Positions 47,792 to 56,715 of a stretch of DNA of 64,000 bases are shown in pieces (the stretch's first letter is position 1; each line of letters begins with the position of its first letter). The notes below the pieces were generated by a model. That model had not been told where the DNA came from. It saw nothing but the letters and a program-made list of their open reading frames with translations, and ran no database searches. The stretch is from Dehalococcoidia bacterium (GTDB lineage Bacteria; Chloroflexota; Dehalococcoidia; Lucifugimonadales; UBA3495). The DNA lies in NCBI GenBank assembly GCA_965220505.1, contig CBDCQE010000001.1, forward strand, positions 1,411,692 through 1,475,691, read 5' to 3'. Position numbers and translations under genes: made by a program.

Positions 47792-48877
47792 TCAACGCGG
47801 CAGCCGGCTGAGCAGGCTGACGTACCATCGGGACAATGGGACGACCAAACCGGCCCGATGGTACAGGCGGGCCGGCGCGGATTCAGCCGCAATGCTTTGC
47901 GCCAGCATCGGCTCCAGGACCCGGTCGCGGAACTGCTCGACCAACGCGGGGTTGTCCGTGCACAGCACAACCTCCTGTTGCAGATCGTACGCCACGAAAT
48001 CGAAGTTGCAGCTGCCCAGAATGAGTTGCGTCCCGTCAATCAGTACGGCTTTCACGTGGCACATTTCCGGTTGGTAAAGCAGCACCTCGAGATTGCAACC
48101 CGCGGCCGCGCGAAACAACTCCTGTTGCAGGATGGCCTTGTTGTTGCGGGCGGGGTTGATGACCCGAACCCGAACTGCTGCCGGAAGTTGCGCGAGGCGA
48201 CCCAGAAAAGGGTCCGACACGTAGGGCGTGATCACGTCGACAGATTTTTCGGCCCGTTCCACGGTGGCGAAGAGGTCTTCGTATTGATCTCGGCTGCGGC
48301 GACCATCGAGGAAGAAAAGCCTTCCGATAGAGGTCGACACCACCCCGGAAGAGTTGACGCCGCGCAGCGTGTTGCAAAAATCCCGGGCTAGCGCATCCAC
48401 CAGCGTGGGGCAGTCGGAGCGCATCATCAGGTCGTGCCACCGGAAATTGTGCTCGCTGAGGTTGATCCCTCCCAGGAATGCCTGGTCGTCGACCACCATC
48501 ATCTTCTTGTGGTTCCTGATGGGAAACTTGCGCCAGAGGCAGCCCATGGGGTTCGTAACGACGATACGCACGCCGTCCCGCTCATCCTGGCGGAGCAGCC
48601 GGCGCGTATCGCCCACTTCGCGTCGGAACTCCGGATCCAAAAGGAATCTTGGGCTGAAAACCAAGTCGTCGCTGATCTTGGCGGTGGAAAAGGCGTCGAC
48701 GCACAGGACCTTCTCCTCGGCAGGAGAATGGGCCAGCAGATCCCAAAAATGCCGGCCTACCGAATCCATTTCGAAGGTCATCACCTGCACCAGCACGCGG
48801 CGGCGCGCCTGCAGTATGGCTGGCTCTACCGCGGCGACAAACTCAGGGGCATTGACCAGTAGCGAGGGATCGTGCAC
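47792..48877 (-). CDS. Phospholipase D superfamily (cardiolipin synthase-like, no N-terminal TM)
   Basis: Two HKD motifs: RNHKKMMVVDD..GGINL and HVKAVLID..GSCNF. Confidence 0.85.
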   Translation of the reverse strand: MHDPSLLVNAPEFVAAVEPAILQARRRVLVQVMTFEMDSVGRHFWDLLAHSPAEEKVLCVDAFSTAKISDDLVFSPRFLLDPEFRREVGDTRRLLRQDERDGVRIVVTNPMGCLWRKFPIRNHKKMMVVDDQAFLGGINLSEHNFRWHDLMMRSDCPTLVDALARDFCNTLRGVNSSGVVSTSIGRLFFLDGRRSRDQYEDLFATVERAEKSVDVITPYVSDPFLGRLAQLPAAVRVRVINPARNNKAILQQELFRAAAGCNLEVLLYQPEMCHVKAVLIDGTQLILGSCNFDFVAYDLQQEVVLCTDNPALVEQFRDRVLEPMLAQSIAAESAPARLYHRAGLVVPLSRWYVSLLSRLPR

Positions 48878-48890
48878 TGGCTGGGAGAAA

Positions 48891-49895
48891 TTAGCGGGAT
48901 GGAAAACGGGCGGCGAGGACGTCCGCGACCAGTCGCGCGGCCACCTGTGCGGTCAGGTCAGACAGGTCGTAGGGCGGCGCAACCTCCACCACGTCGAACG
49001 CCACCAGGTTGGACCGCGCTACCAGCGCGGTCAGGCAACGTCGGCATTCCTCATAATACAGCCCGCCCACCTCCGGGGTTCCGGTGCCGGGCGCCTGGGT
49101 CGGGTCAAGCACGTCCACGTCGAAGGTGATGTACAGATTTGACCCGACGGGCAGGCTCTCGGCCACGGCCTCCGGGCCTGCTTCGCGGAACTGGCGGGTG
49201 GTAACTATCGTGTTCCCGTGGGCCACGGCCTCCTCATACGGAGCCCGACGCACGCTGCGGATGCCCACCGACGATATGGAACCCACGTGCTCCAACTCGT
49301 GGCACCGGCGGATTGGGCTGCCGTGGGTCAGCAAAGATCCATGGTAATCGTGGGTGTAGTCCAGGTGCGCGTCGAAGTGCACGATGTCCAATGGAGCAAA
49401 TCGGCCAAGTCCGGCCACCGCTGGGAAGGTGATGGCGTGATCGCCTCCAAGGATCACGGGCAACGCCCCACGCTCGGCGATCTGCGCCACCACACCGGCC
49501 AGCCGCTCGAAATTATGCACCACCTCGGAGGGATTCACCGTCACATTGCCGCAATCCACCATGGTGATGCCGCGTAGGAGTTCATCACCCGCGTCGGCGT
49601 CGAAGAATCCCTCCGCGTCTTTTCCCTGACCGTAGGGATCAAGGTAAGAATAAGCCCGTGGCGCGTCCCGAAGGGCGTCGGGGCCGTAGCGGGCCCCCGG
49701 GCGTCCGAAGGTTCCCTGGTCGAAGGGCATGCCCACGAAAGCGATATCCGCATCCAGCTGATCGATGTCGGTACAACGGGGCGACCGGAACATGGTTCGC
49801 GGCCTGCGGTCCAGCGGAGGGACATCGCCGGGCGACGCATCGGGCAGGTATTGTGGTCCGATGTTGAAGTTAGAATTGAAGTAGGTCATACACAC
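48891..49895 (-). CDS. Agmatinase / ureohydrolase family
   Basis: PGARYGPDA, GGDHAIT, HFDAHLD, TFDVDVLDP, APGTGTPEVGG, VEVAPPYD. Confidence 0.9.
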   Translation of the reverse strand: MCMTYFNSNFNIGPQYLPDASPGDVPPLDRRPRTMFRSPRCTDIDQLDADIAFVGMPFDQGTFGRPGARYGPDALRDAPRAYSYLDPYGQGKDAEGFFDADAGDELLRGITMVDCGNVTVNPSEVVHNFERLAGVVAQIAERGALPVILGGDHAITFPAVAGLGRFAPLDIVHFDAHLDYTHDYHGSLLTHGSPIRRCHELEHVGSISSVGIRSVRRAPYEEAVAHGNTIVTTRQFREAGPEAVAESLPVGSNLYITFDVDVLDPTQAPGTGTPEVGGLYYEECRRCLTALVARSNLVAFDVVEVAPPYDLSDLTAQVAARLVADVLAARFPSR

Positions 49896-49916
49896 CGAAT
49901 AAGCGGGAAGTAGCGA

Positions 49917-50285
49917 TCAAGGAAGTTTAGCAATGGTTACGCGCCCTCCGGGAACCATTGCCGCGGTAAGCAAATAGCCCGCTAGTAGGCGTGCGCCAAC
50001 AAGGGTTTCAGATTCGGATATCAGAACTGGGATCGCTCTAACCTCATCGTCCCAGAATACGGCGGCGTAACAAAAATCGTGTCGCTGTTGGTTGCCCAAT
50101 ACCAGTGGCCTTGACCCTTCTATGGGCAGGCCCATCTGGCTAATGGCTCCCCGGGGCATCATCAGATATTGGGAAAACCCGGTGTCAATCACTGCGTCGA
50201 ATCGATGTGCTGTCCGCCGATCATAGGCAACCACTTCTACAGAGATGACAGCCTCGTAGATATCGTTCACGCGCCCGCTGATCAT
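49917..50285 (-). CDS. Retropepsin-like (clan AA) aspartic protease, cassette 2
   Basis: AVIDTGFSQYLMMP, TLVGARLL; ATGA overlap with partner. Confidence 0.82.
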   Translation of the reverse strand: MISGRVNDIYEAVISVEVVAYDRRTAHRFDAVIDTGFSQYLMMPRGAISQMGLPIEGSRPLVLGNQQRHDFCYAAVFWDDEVRAIPVLISESETLVGARLLAGYLLTAAMVPGGRVTIAKLP

Positions 50286-50548
50286 CCAATTCTTATCCGC
50301 TTGCCATGCAAGATGGTCTCATCGTCAAACCCGACGCGAAAGACGATCATCTCCCCATCGGGCTGCCGGTCACGCAAGTGGACAGTAGCAACAATCAGCT
50401 CATCGTCCACTTCGTAGTCATGCGACTTGGCGTCGATGACGATGAACTTGCCATTCTCCGCCGGCTCTAACTGGTCGCGAAGTTCCGCGTTGTAGAACTC
50501 TTCGGCCTGCAACGAAGCGGCAGTGCGGTTGTTGTCAGTCGCCGCCAT
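50282..50548 (-). CDS. Small partner protein of retropepsin cassette 2
   Basis: FYNAELRDQLEPAENGKFIVIDAKSHDYEV; GGAGG RBS before ATG 50548. Confidence 0.78.
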   Translation of the reverse strand: MAATDNNRTAASLQAEEFYNAELRDQLEPAENGKFIVIDAKSHDYEVDDELIVATVHLRDRQPDGEMIVFRVGFDDETILHGKRIRIG

Positions 50549-50604
50549 GATTCCTCCACGATATGCAGCCAAAACCGTTCCGGCGATTGCTGCTGCGCTT
50601 TTTG

Positions 50605-50610
50605 ATTATA
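50605..50610 (-). promoter_or_regulatory. -10 element of cassette 2
   Basis: Perfect TATAAT on the minus strand ~57 nt upstream of the partner start. Confidence 0.55.
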
Positions 50611-50645
50611 CTTGACCGCAGCCGAAGTGAAAAAAGGAGATTGCC

Positions 50646-51416
50646 ATGGCACGGCTCGAGGACTACCAGAACCGGTTCCAGTTTGCGAAATTCGAGCGCG
50701 AGGACGGCATACTGCAGATGACGCTCCACAGCGACGGAGACACGCTGCAATGGGGCGCCGGCCCGCACACCGAGTTGCCGGAGGTATTTCACACCATCGG
50801 GACCGATCCGGAGAACAAGGTGATCATCATGACCGGCGCCGGAGACGGGTTCACCGGACCGGCCGGCAGCAGCGACACGGTGCCGCGGCGCACACCGGAG
50901 CAGTGGGACGCCACCTACTGGGAAGGCAAGCATCTGCTGGGCAATTTGCTCAACATCGAGGTGCCGATCATCGCCGCCATCAACGGCCCGGCGTTGCGGC
51001 ATTCGGAACTGCCCCTGCTCAGCGACATCGTACTGGCTGCGCCGCACACCACGTTCCAGGACTCCGGCCACTTCATGAGCGGGCTGACGCCGGGTGACGG
51101 GATGCACATCATCTACCCGCTGCTGCTTGGCATCAACCGCGGACGCTATTTCCTGCTGACCGGTCAGATGCTTGACGCGGCCAAAGCGCAGGAATTCGGC
51201 CTGGTCGCGGAGGTGTTGCCCACGGACGAACTGCTGCCCCGCGCCTGGGAGCTGGCACGGCAACTGGCGCAGCAACCGCGCCTGGTGCTGCGATATTCGC
51301 GTGTGCTGCTGACGCATCAGTTGAAAGGCGTCCTGCACGACATACTGGGCTATGGCCTGGCGTTGGAAGGCCTCGGGTCCGCTCAGGACTACCTGGACCG
51401 GGGGCAGGGCCGCTGA
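50646..51416 (+). CDS. Enoyl-CoA hydratase/isomerase family protein
   Basis: VIIMTGAGDGFT, VPIIAAINGPA, PGDG, AKAQEFGLV.EV; AAGGAG RBS. Confidence 0.88.
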   Translation: MARLEDYQNRFQFAKFEREDGILQMTLHSDGDTLQWGAGPHTELPEVFHTIGTDPENKVIIMTGAGDGFTGPAGSSDTVPRRTPEQWDATYWEGKHLLGNLLNIEVPIIAAINGPALRHSELPLLSDIVLAAPHTTFQDSGHFMSGLTPGDGMHIIYPLLLGINRGRYFLLTGQMLDAAKAQEFGLVAEVLPTDELLPRAWELARQLAQQPRLVLRYSRVLLTHQLKGVLHDILGYGLALEGLGSAQDYLDRGQGR

Positions 51417-51426
51417 GCGGCGCTTT

Positions 51427-51798
51427 TCAAAGGGCCGCCAACTCGGTGATGGCGACGATTCCGCCGGGGGTCATATCGATCAGCACGCGGCTCCCGGCGA
51501 GCAAGTCGGCGCTGGCTAGGTACGAATAATCGGACTCCAGCACCCTGACCGTCTTGAAACCGCGGTGCCACATCACTTCCCCGTCGTAATAGGTGAACCG
51601 CGCTTCCTGCTCGTTAGCCAATCTGAATGTCAACCTCCCCGCCGGAACCAATCCGATCTGCCTGATGACAGTTTGGGGTAGGAGCAAGTCTGCTCCCTGA
51701 AACCCGGTATCGATTATGACTTCCAGCGTGAGATCGTAGTCGCGCATTTAAACCGGAATTACTGCCTCACAGTACTCGTTAACTCGGCCGGTGATCAC
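51427..51798 (-). pseudogene. Retropepsin-like protease, cassette 3, with in-frame TAA at codon 17
   Basis: GTG 51798 reads MITGRVNEYCEAVIPV*MRDYDLTLEVIIDTGF; TAA at 51750-51748, immediately followed by ATG. Confidence 0.78.
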
Positions 51799-52076
51799 GC
51801 TTCTATTTCCCTGATTCTTCCGCCTCCCAATGAGCCAACCGTCCGATATCCGATTCGGAACGCATAACCGTAAGAACCCGGATGCTGCTCTTTGAGTTTT
51901 GAGTCGGCCTCGGTTAAGTTAACGCCGATGGCGTAGTCGCGTGATACCAAGTCCAGAACAAGCACTTTACCCTTTTGGGTGGGCAGCAGTTTAGGCAGTA
52001 ATTCCGTTTCGTAGAACGCTTCGGCAGCGGCCCATCCATCTGTCTTCACGGGTCCGGCGTGCTCGGCTTTGGTCAT
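51795..52076 (-). CDS. Small partner protein of retropepsin cassette 3
   Basis: FYETELLPKLLPTQKGKVLVLDLVSRDYAI; GGAGG RBS; GTGA overlap with the protease. Confidence 0.78.
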   Translation of the reverse strand: MTKAEHAGPVKTDGWAAAEAFYETELLPKLLPTQKGKVLVLDLVSRDYAIGVNLTEADSKLKEQHPGSYGYAFRIGYRTVGSLGGGRIREIEA

Positions 52077-52105
52077 GTTCTGTCCTCCCCTGAGGTTGTG
52101 GTTCC

Positions 52106-52111
52106 ATTGTA
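52106..52111 (-). promoter_or_regulatory. -10 element of cassette 3
   Basis: TACAAT on the minus strand 30 nt upstream of the partner start. Confidence 0.45.
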
Positions 52112-52118
52112 ACCGGGT

Positions 52119-53420
52119 TCAGGCTGCAACGGTTGTTCCCCTGAACTCTTTGCGCGGAGGCACAGCTGTCAACATGAGCACGGCGGTACAAGCGTAGATG
52201 CCCAACAGCGTCCACCACGCCACCACGTAAGACCCTGAATAGTCGTGCAAATAACCCACGAGCGGCGCGCCCACGCCTGCGGACAGGAGATTGACCGGCA
52301 TGACGATGCCCCGGATGGTTCCCAGGAAAGCGCGGCCGTAGTAGGCGGCGAAGATGTAGCTGTGGACGATCATTCCCACGCCAACAGAACATCCAAAGAC
52401 GATCGTGGACAGGAACATCAACTCCACCGACGACACGTAAATCATCAGGACAATGGCCACGATGAAACCTGAGAAGGATGCGGCGGCCAGGAACCGTATC
52501 GGGATGTGGTCGGCCAGCCAGCCAGCCACCAGGGAGGTGGCCGCAGCTCCGCCGGCGTCAGCCGCAAACGACCAGGAAACCGTCAGCGGGTCGTAGCCAT
52601 GCTCCACGAAGTAGGGGATGCGGTGAAAGCTCGCGCCTCCCTGGGCCACGCCGGCCAGTGCGAACACTGCCATCAGCTTCCACATGGTTCTGGTGCGAAA
52701 TGCCTCGCGAACCGTCCAAATCATCTCCGGTTCAGGCTGCCGGTTCCCGGCCGGCCCGGCCTCCGACTCTGCCATTTCCTCCGGAGGGTCACCGTCCACC
52801 CGCAGGCCCATGTCCTCGGGCTGGCGCCGCAGGAACAGCGCTGCGGCCGGAGCAGAGATAACCAGGAAAATCAGCGCCAGGATGCGCCAGGTGCCCCGCC
52901 ATCCGTAGTCATCGATCAGCCATTGGGTCACCGGCAGGAAAACGATGCCGCCAATGCCCAGCCCGGCGCCGGCCAGGGCAAGGGCCCGCCCGCGTCGCCG
53001 GACAAACCACTTCGCCACGGGCACCGATGTCACAATGCCGTTGGGCGCGGCCAGGCCGGACGCTCCGATGAGGCCGAAAAAGAGGATGAACTGCCAAGCG
53101 TGGTTGCTGAAGCTGACCAGGAGCAGGCATCCGCAGATCACTATCGCGGAAACCGGGATGTAGGCCCGGGGTCCGTAGCGGTCGATCAACCAGCCCACGG
53201 CAAAGCTGAAAACGCCGGTCGCCAGTCGACGGGTGGTTTGCATCCACCCGAACGTGGCACGGGACAGCGCCAGATCCCGCTGCATGGGCAGGACGAAAAG
53301 GCCGTAGTTCAGGGTCCCCGTCCCCATCGTCGAGAAGTTGACGGCAAACATGGCGGCGACGATGACCCACCCGTAGAAGATTCGCCTTTGTCCTGTTGGA
53401 TGTTCGGGTCCAGAGGCCAT
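52119..53420 (-). CDS. MFS transporter
   Basis: IFYGWVIV, GWLIDRYGPR, WFVRRRGRA, YYGRAFLGTIRG. Confidence 0.88.
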   Translation of the reverse strand: MASGPEHPTGQRRIFYGWVIVAAMFAVNFSTMGTGTLNYGLFVLPMQRDLALSRATFGWMQTTRRLATGVFSFAVGWLIDRYGPRAYIPVSAIVICGCLLLVSFSNHAWQFILFFGLIGASGLAAPNGIVTSVPVAKWFVRRRGRALALAGAGLGIGGIVFLPVTQWLIDDYGWRGTWRILALIFLVISAPAAALFLRRQPEDMGLRVDGDPPEEMAESEAGPAGNRQPEPEMIWTVREAFRTRTMWKLMAVFALAGVAQGGASFHRIPYFVEHGYDPLTVSWSFAADAGGAAATSLVAGWLADHIPIRFLAAASFSGFIVAIVLMIYVSSVELMFLSTIVFGCSVGVGMIVHSYIFAAYYGRAFLGTIRGIVMPVNLLSAGVGAPLVGYLHDYSGSYVVAWWTLLGIYACTAVLMLTAVPPRKEFRGTTVAA

Positions 53421-53430
53421 TAGACAGAAA

Positions 53431-53460
53431 GATAGGGGCGAATGACTATTCGCCCCCTAC
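53431..53460 (-). repeat. GTAG-type REP palindrome
   Basis: Minus strand GTAG-GGGGCGAAT-agtc-ATTCGCCCC-tatc. Confidence 0.6.
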
Positions 53461-53499
53461 GCGTTAAAGCGTCGACAATGATTTGGCGGAGCGATTCGA

Positions 53500-54336
53500 T
53501 CAGATGGCCTGCCAGTAGCGTCGGCCCTGCAGGCGTACGATTTTCCCGAATCCGGGCGCAGGGAGGTGCACGGCAGCCACCGGTATGCCTTCGCTCTCCA
53601 GCTGGTCCAGCACCGCTTGCCGGGTCGCAATGGCCTGTTCCGGAATGATGTCGGCGCGGGATGCCCAGTGGGTCTGCTGGATTTGAGAGGTGTTGTGCAG
53701 CACGTCGCCCAGGACCAGAGCGCGTTCGCCGCCGGAGTTGATCATAATGCTCATGTGCCCCGGGGTATGGCCGGGGGTGGGCAACGTGGTGAGCTCTCCG
53801 GTGATGCTGAACTCGCCTTCCATCAGCTCCACCAGCCCCATGTCCACCAGCGGCCACACGCAATCGGGAGCGTTGGGGTAACGATCGGGCTGCAAGGCAG
53901 GGTCGTGGCTGGCGTCCAGATCGACCTTGCTGAAGTAGTACCTGGCGTTCGGGAATGTTGGTTTCAGGTTCCCGCCGTCGTCGCGGACGGTGTTCCAGCC
54001 GACGTGGTCGCGGTGCAGGTGGGTCATGACCACCGCATCGATGTCTTCCGGTGACAGACCGTTGCGGGACATGTCGTCAAGCAGTTCGCCCCAGGGAGTC
54101 TCCGGAGTGTCCTTGGCTCCCAGTCCCGTGTCTATGGCAATGTTCCTGCCTTCCGAGCGAACCAGAAAGCACGCCAGGTTGAAACTGACCTTGCGGTCAG
54201 GCGTCAGATGGTCGTGGAAAGGTTCCCAGTCCGATGCCGGGATGTCCGGGAAGAAGTTGCAAATGTCAAACTCCAGGAGACCGTCCGACAACGACGCGAT
54301 CTCCACGTTGCCGATAGTAATCTTGCTGGCAGCCAT
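53500..54336 (-). CDS. Metallo-beta-lactamase-fold hydrolase (AHL-lactonase-like)
   Basis: IDTG, THLHRDHVGWN (HxHxDH), PGHTPGH, GDVLH, VHL; start ATG 54336. Confidence 0.85.
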   Translation of the reverse strand: MAASKITIGNVEIASLSDGLLEFDICNFFPDIPASDWEPFHDHLTPDRKVSFNLACFLVRSEGRNIAIDTGLGAKDTPETPWGELLDDMSRNGLSPEDIDAVVMTHLHRDHVGWNTVRDDGGNLKPTFPNARYYFSKVDLDASHDPALQPDRYPNAPDCVWPLVDMGLVELMEGEFSITGELTTLPTPGHTPGHMSIMINSGGERALVLGDVLHNTSQIQQTHWASRADIIPEQAIATRQAVLDQLESEGIPVAAVHLPAPGFGKIVRLQGRRYWQAI

Positions 54337-54590
54337 AGTCCCTCCAGATGCCGTAGATTGGCGCATTCTACCACTGGCATTCCTTCGCCACTCGGCGCGG
54401 CGTGGAGCCAATCTCTGTCCGGGCTGTTCCCACAAGTTGACCGGCTCCGCAATTGTGGTGGGCCGATGTAGCCATTGTGGGATTGGTGCTCCGGCGTCGC
54501 GGCGAGTTTCGCCCGTTTACGACTACACCGGCGTTTGCTGACACTAGCCGATGGACGCGGGCAATCGACGGATGATACACCGGACGCAGG

Positions 54591-55916
54591 TTGCCACCTA
54601 TGAACATTAACGACCTACCCGAAGCCCACGCCGGCCAAAAACCGCAGGGGGTTGACCCGCGCGATCCTCTGCAGCCCATCACGGAAAAGCAACTAGCACG
54701 CCTTTGGCAGCGCAGAGCGGCGCGGAGCCGAGCGCTTCGAACCGAACACGGAAACCGGATCCGTGTGCTCTATCCGGGGCGCCCAGGGGTTACGGCGGGG
54801 CCAGATTTTCGCAATGCCCTGCTGCTGGTGGAAGACCAGGGCCTCGTGCAGGGTGATGTAGAAGTCCATCTGCGTCGGCGCGATTGGCGATCCCATGGCC
54901 ACCACGAGGACCCCAACTACAACGGGGTGGCGTTGCACGTCGCCCTGGAGACCGCCGGACCGGATTCGGATACGGCCAGCGGTCGCAACCCCCCGCTGGT
55001 TAGCCTGCGCGGTATGCTCGATAATCCGTCACTCGAGGATTCGCCGGAGCACGTGAGGGATCACCTCTGGTTGTTGCTGGAAGGGCAGGGCTACAGGCGG
55101 CCCGACACGGCGGAGCGGATGGCCGCACTGCTCAACCGAGCCGGGGACGAGCGCTTCCTGGGCAAGAGCCGTGCGCTGCAACGTCTGATGTCGGAGCAAT
55201 CGCCGGCGCAAACGTTATGGGAATCCATTTGCGAGGCGCTGGGTTATCGACACAACCAGCACGGATTCCTGCAATTGGCGCTCGCCGCCCCGATCTGCCG
55301 GTTGGAAGACATGGCGCGTCGTACACCCGAAAGCGCTCGCACCGCCGCGTTGACTGCCGTGCTTCTCGAATTGGCCGGGTTCGACTACCGCGGACCTCCG
55401 GAAAGTCTGGACAGCATCCGCAGGGAGTTGGGAATACCGCTGGACGCCACCCAGTGGAAGCTGTTCCGGGTGCGCCCATCAAACCATCCCCGCCGCCGGG
55501 TGGAAGGGGCCGCCGGGTTGTTGGCCCGGTTCGGTGATGTGGGATTGCTCAACGGCCTGGCGCGTGTTGCCGCCGCAGGCAATCCGTCGTCGTTGACCGC
55601 AGCGCTGAGTATCGGAAGCAGCGCCGGTGGTGGAACCGCTCTGATCGGCTCCGGTCGTGCCAGGGATATCGCCGTCAACGCGGTACTGCCGTTCCTGCAC
55701 GGATTGGCCACGCTTACCGGCCACGCACGAGGGTCGGGGGCGATGTTGGAACTGTACCGGAAGTACGGCAAGCTCGCGGAGAACGAAGTCACCCGAGAAC
55801 TGGAATCGGCGTTGCAACCTCGAGAATGGGGGCGGGTGGCGCGCACCGCCCGACAGCAACAGGGGTTGATCCACCTGCAACGCCTGCTGGCGGGAGTCTC
55901 CAACTCACAACGCTAG
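54591..55916 (+). CDS. DUF2851-like protein
   Basis: LYPG.....GPDF.NA, GDVEVHL...DW..HGHHEDPNYNGV.LHV, RVRPSNHP.RR, GSGRARDIAVN..LP. Confidence 0.75.
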   Translation: MPPMNINDLPEAHAGQKPQGVDPRDPLQPITEKQLARLWQRRAARSRALRTEHGNRIRVLYPGRPGVTAGPDFRNALLLVEDQGLVQGDVEVHLRRRDWRSHGHHEDPNYNGVALHVALETAGPDSDTASGRNPPLVSLRGMLDNPSLEDSPEHVRDHLWLLLEGQGYRRPDTAERMAALLNRAGDERFLGKSRALQRLMSEQSPAQTLWESICEALGYRHNQHGFLQLALAAPICRLEDMARRTPESARTAALTAVLLELAGFDYRGPPESLDSIRRELGIPLDATQWKLFRVRPSNHPRRRVEGAAGLLARFGDVGLLNGLARVAAAGNPSSLTAALSIGSSAGGGTALIGSGRARDIAVNAVLPFLHGLATLTGHARGSGAMLELYRKYGKLAENEVTRELESALQPREWGRVARTARQQQGLIHLQRLLAGVSNSQR

Positions 55917-55971
55917 CGGGGGCGACGTGACGTCACCCCCGGCGGCTGCGACTCTGCTTTGCCGGGTCAGG

Positions 55972-56304
55972 TTATTTCAGAGGTACCGCCAGCGAAACCC
56001 GGGGTTCCTCGCCGACGTTGCGAATGATGTGCCCGTGGCCGGTCAAGTCCTCGGCGACCAGGACGTCGCCGGGGCCGAACTGGCGCTTGGCGCCGCTGGC
56101 GACCTCGATCTCGGCGCCGCCGGACAGGAACACCACGTACTGGTGCCGGGGCGCGGTGTGGTAGTCCTGCCACCACCCGGGCGGACGTTGCCCGACCGTA
56201 AAGTCCCCGGGTCCGACGTCATTGGCAATGTCGGCAAACTGGTCGGTGGTGAGGTCCTCGAAGTGGGACTCGCCGTCGTCACCGGCGTATATGCGGACGA
56301 TCAT
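55972..56304 (-). CDS. Cupin-like protein, tandem copy 3
   Basis: YAGDDGESHF, HTAPRHQY, GDVLVAEDLTGHGH; AGGAGG RBS, ATG 56304. Confidence 0.78.
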   Translation of the reverse strand: MIVRIYAGDDGESHFEDLTTDQFADIANDVGPGDFTVGQRPPGWWQDYHTAPRHQYVVFLSGGAEIEVASGAKRQFGPGDVLVAEDLTGHGHIIRNVGEEPRVSLAVPLK

Positions 56305-56329
56305 GGCACTATTCCTCCTGGCGTCCGGT

Positions 56330-56674
56330 CTAGCCCTCGGCGAGGGGAACGGCCAGGGAGACGCGGAAATCGTCTCCGATGCTGCGGGCAATGTGTCCGT
56401 GACCGGTCAGGTCTTCAGCGACCAGAACGTCCCCGGGGAACATTCTCACTTTGGTTCCGTCAGCAACTTCGAACTCGGCGATGCCGTTGAGATTGACCAC
56501 GTACTGCCGTCGCGGGGCGTTATGGTAATCGGAAAAACTGGGGGACTCGCGCCGGTTGACGTTGATGTCGCCGGGACCCACGTTGTTGGCAATCTCGGCG
56601 AACTGGTCCGGCGTGAGTTCCTGGAAATGGCTTTCGCCGTCGTCGCCGGTGTATACGCGAACTATCTGTCCCAT
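56330..56674 (-). CDS. Cupin-like protein, tandem copy 2
   Basis: YTGDDGESHF, HNAPRRQY, GDVLVAEDLTGHGH; AGGAGG RBS, ATG 56674. Confidence 0.78.
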   Translation of the reverse strand: MGQIVRVYTGDDGESHFQELTPDQFAEIANNVGPGDINVNRRESPSFSDYHNAPRRQYVVNLNGIAEFEVADGTKVRMFPGDVLVAEDLTGHGHIARSIGDDFRVSLAVPLAEG

Positions 56675-56715
56675 TGGGGTAGCCTCCTGTGTGCTGGGGT
56701 TAACGGGCTGTGGGA

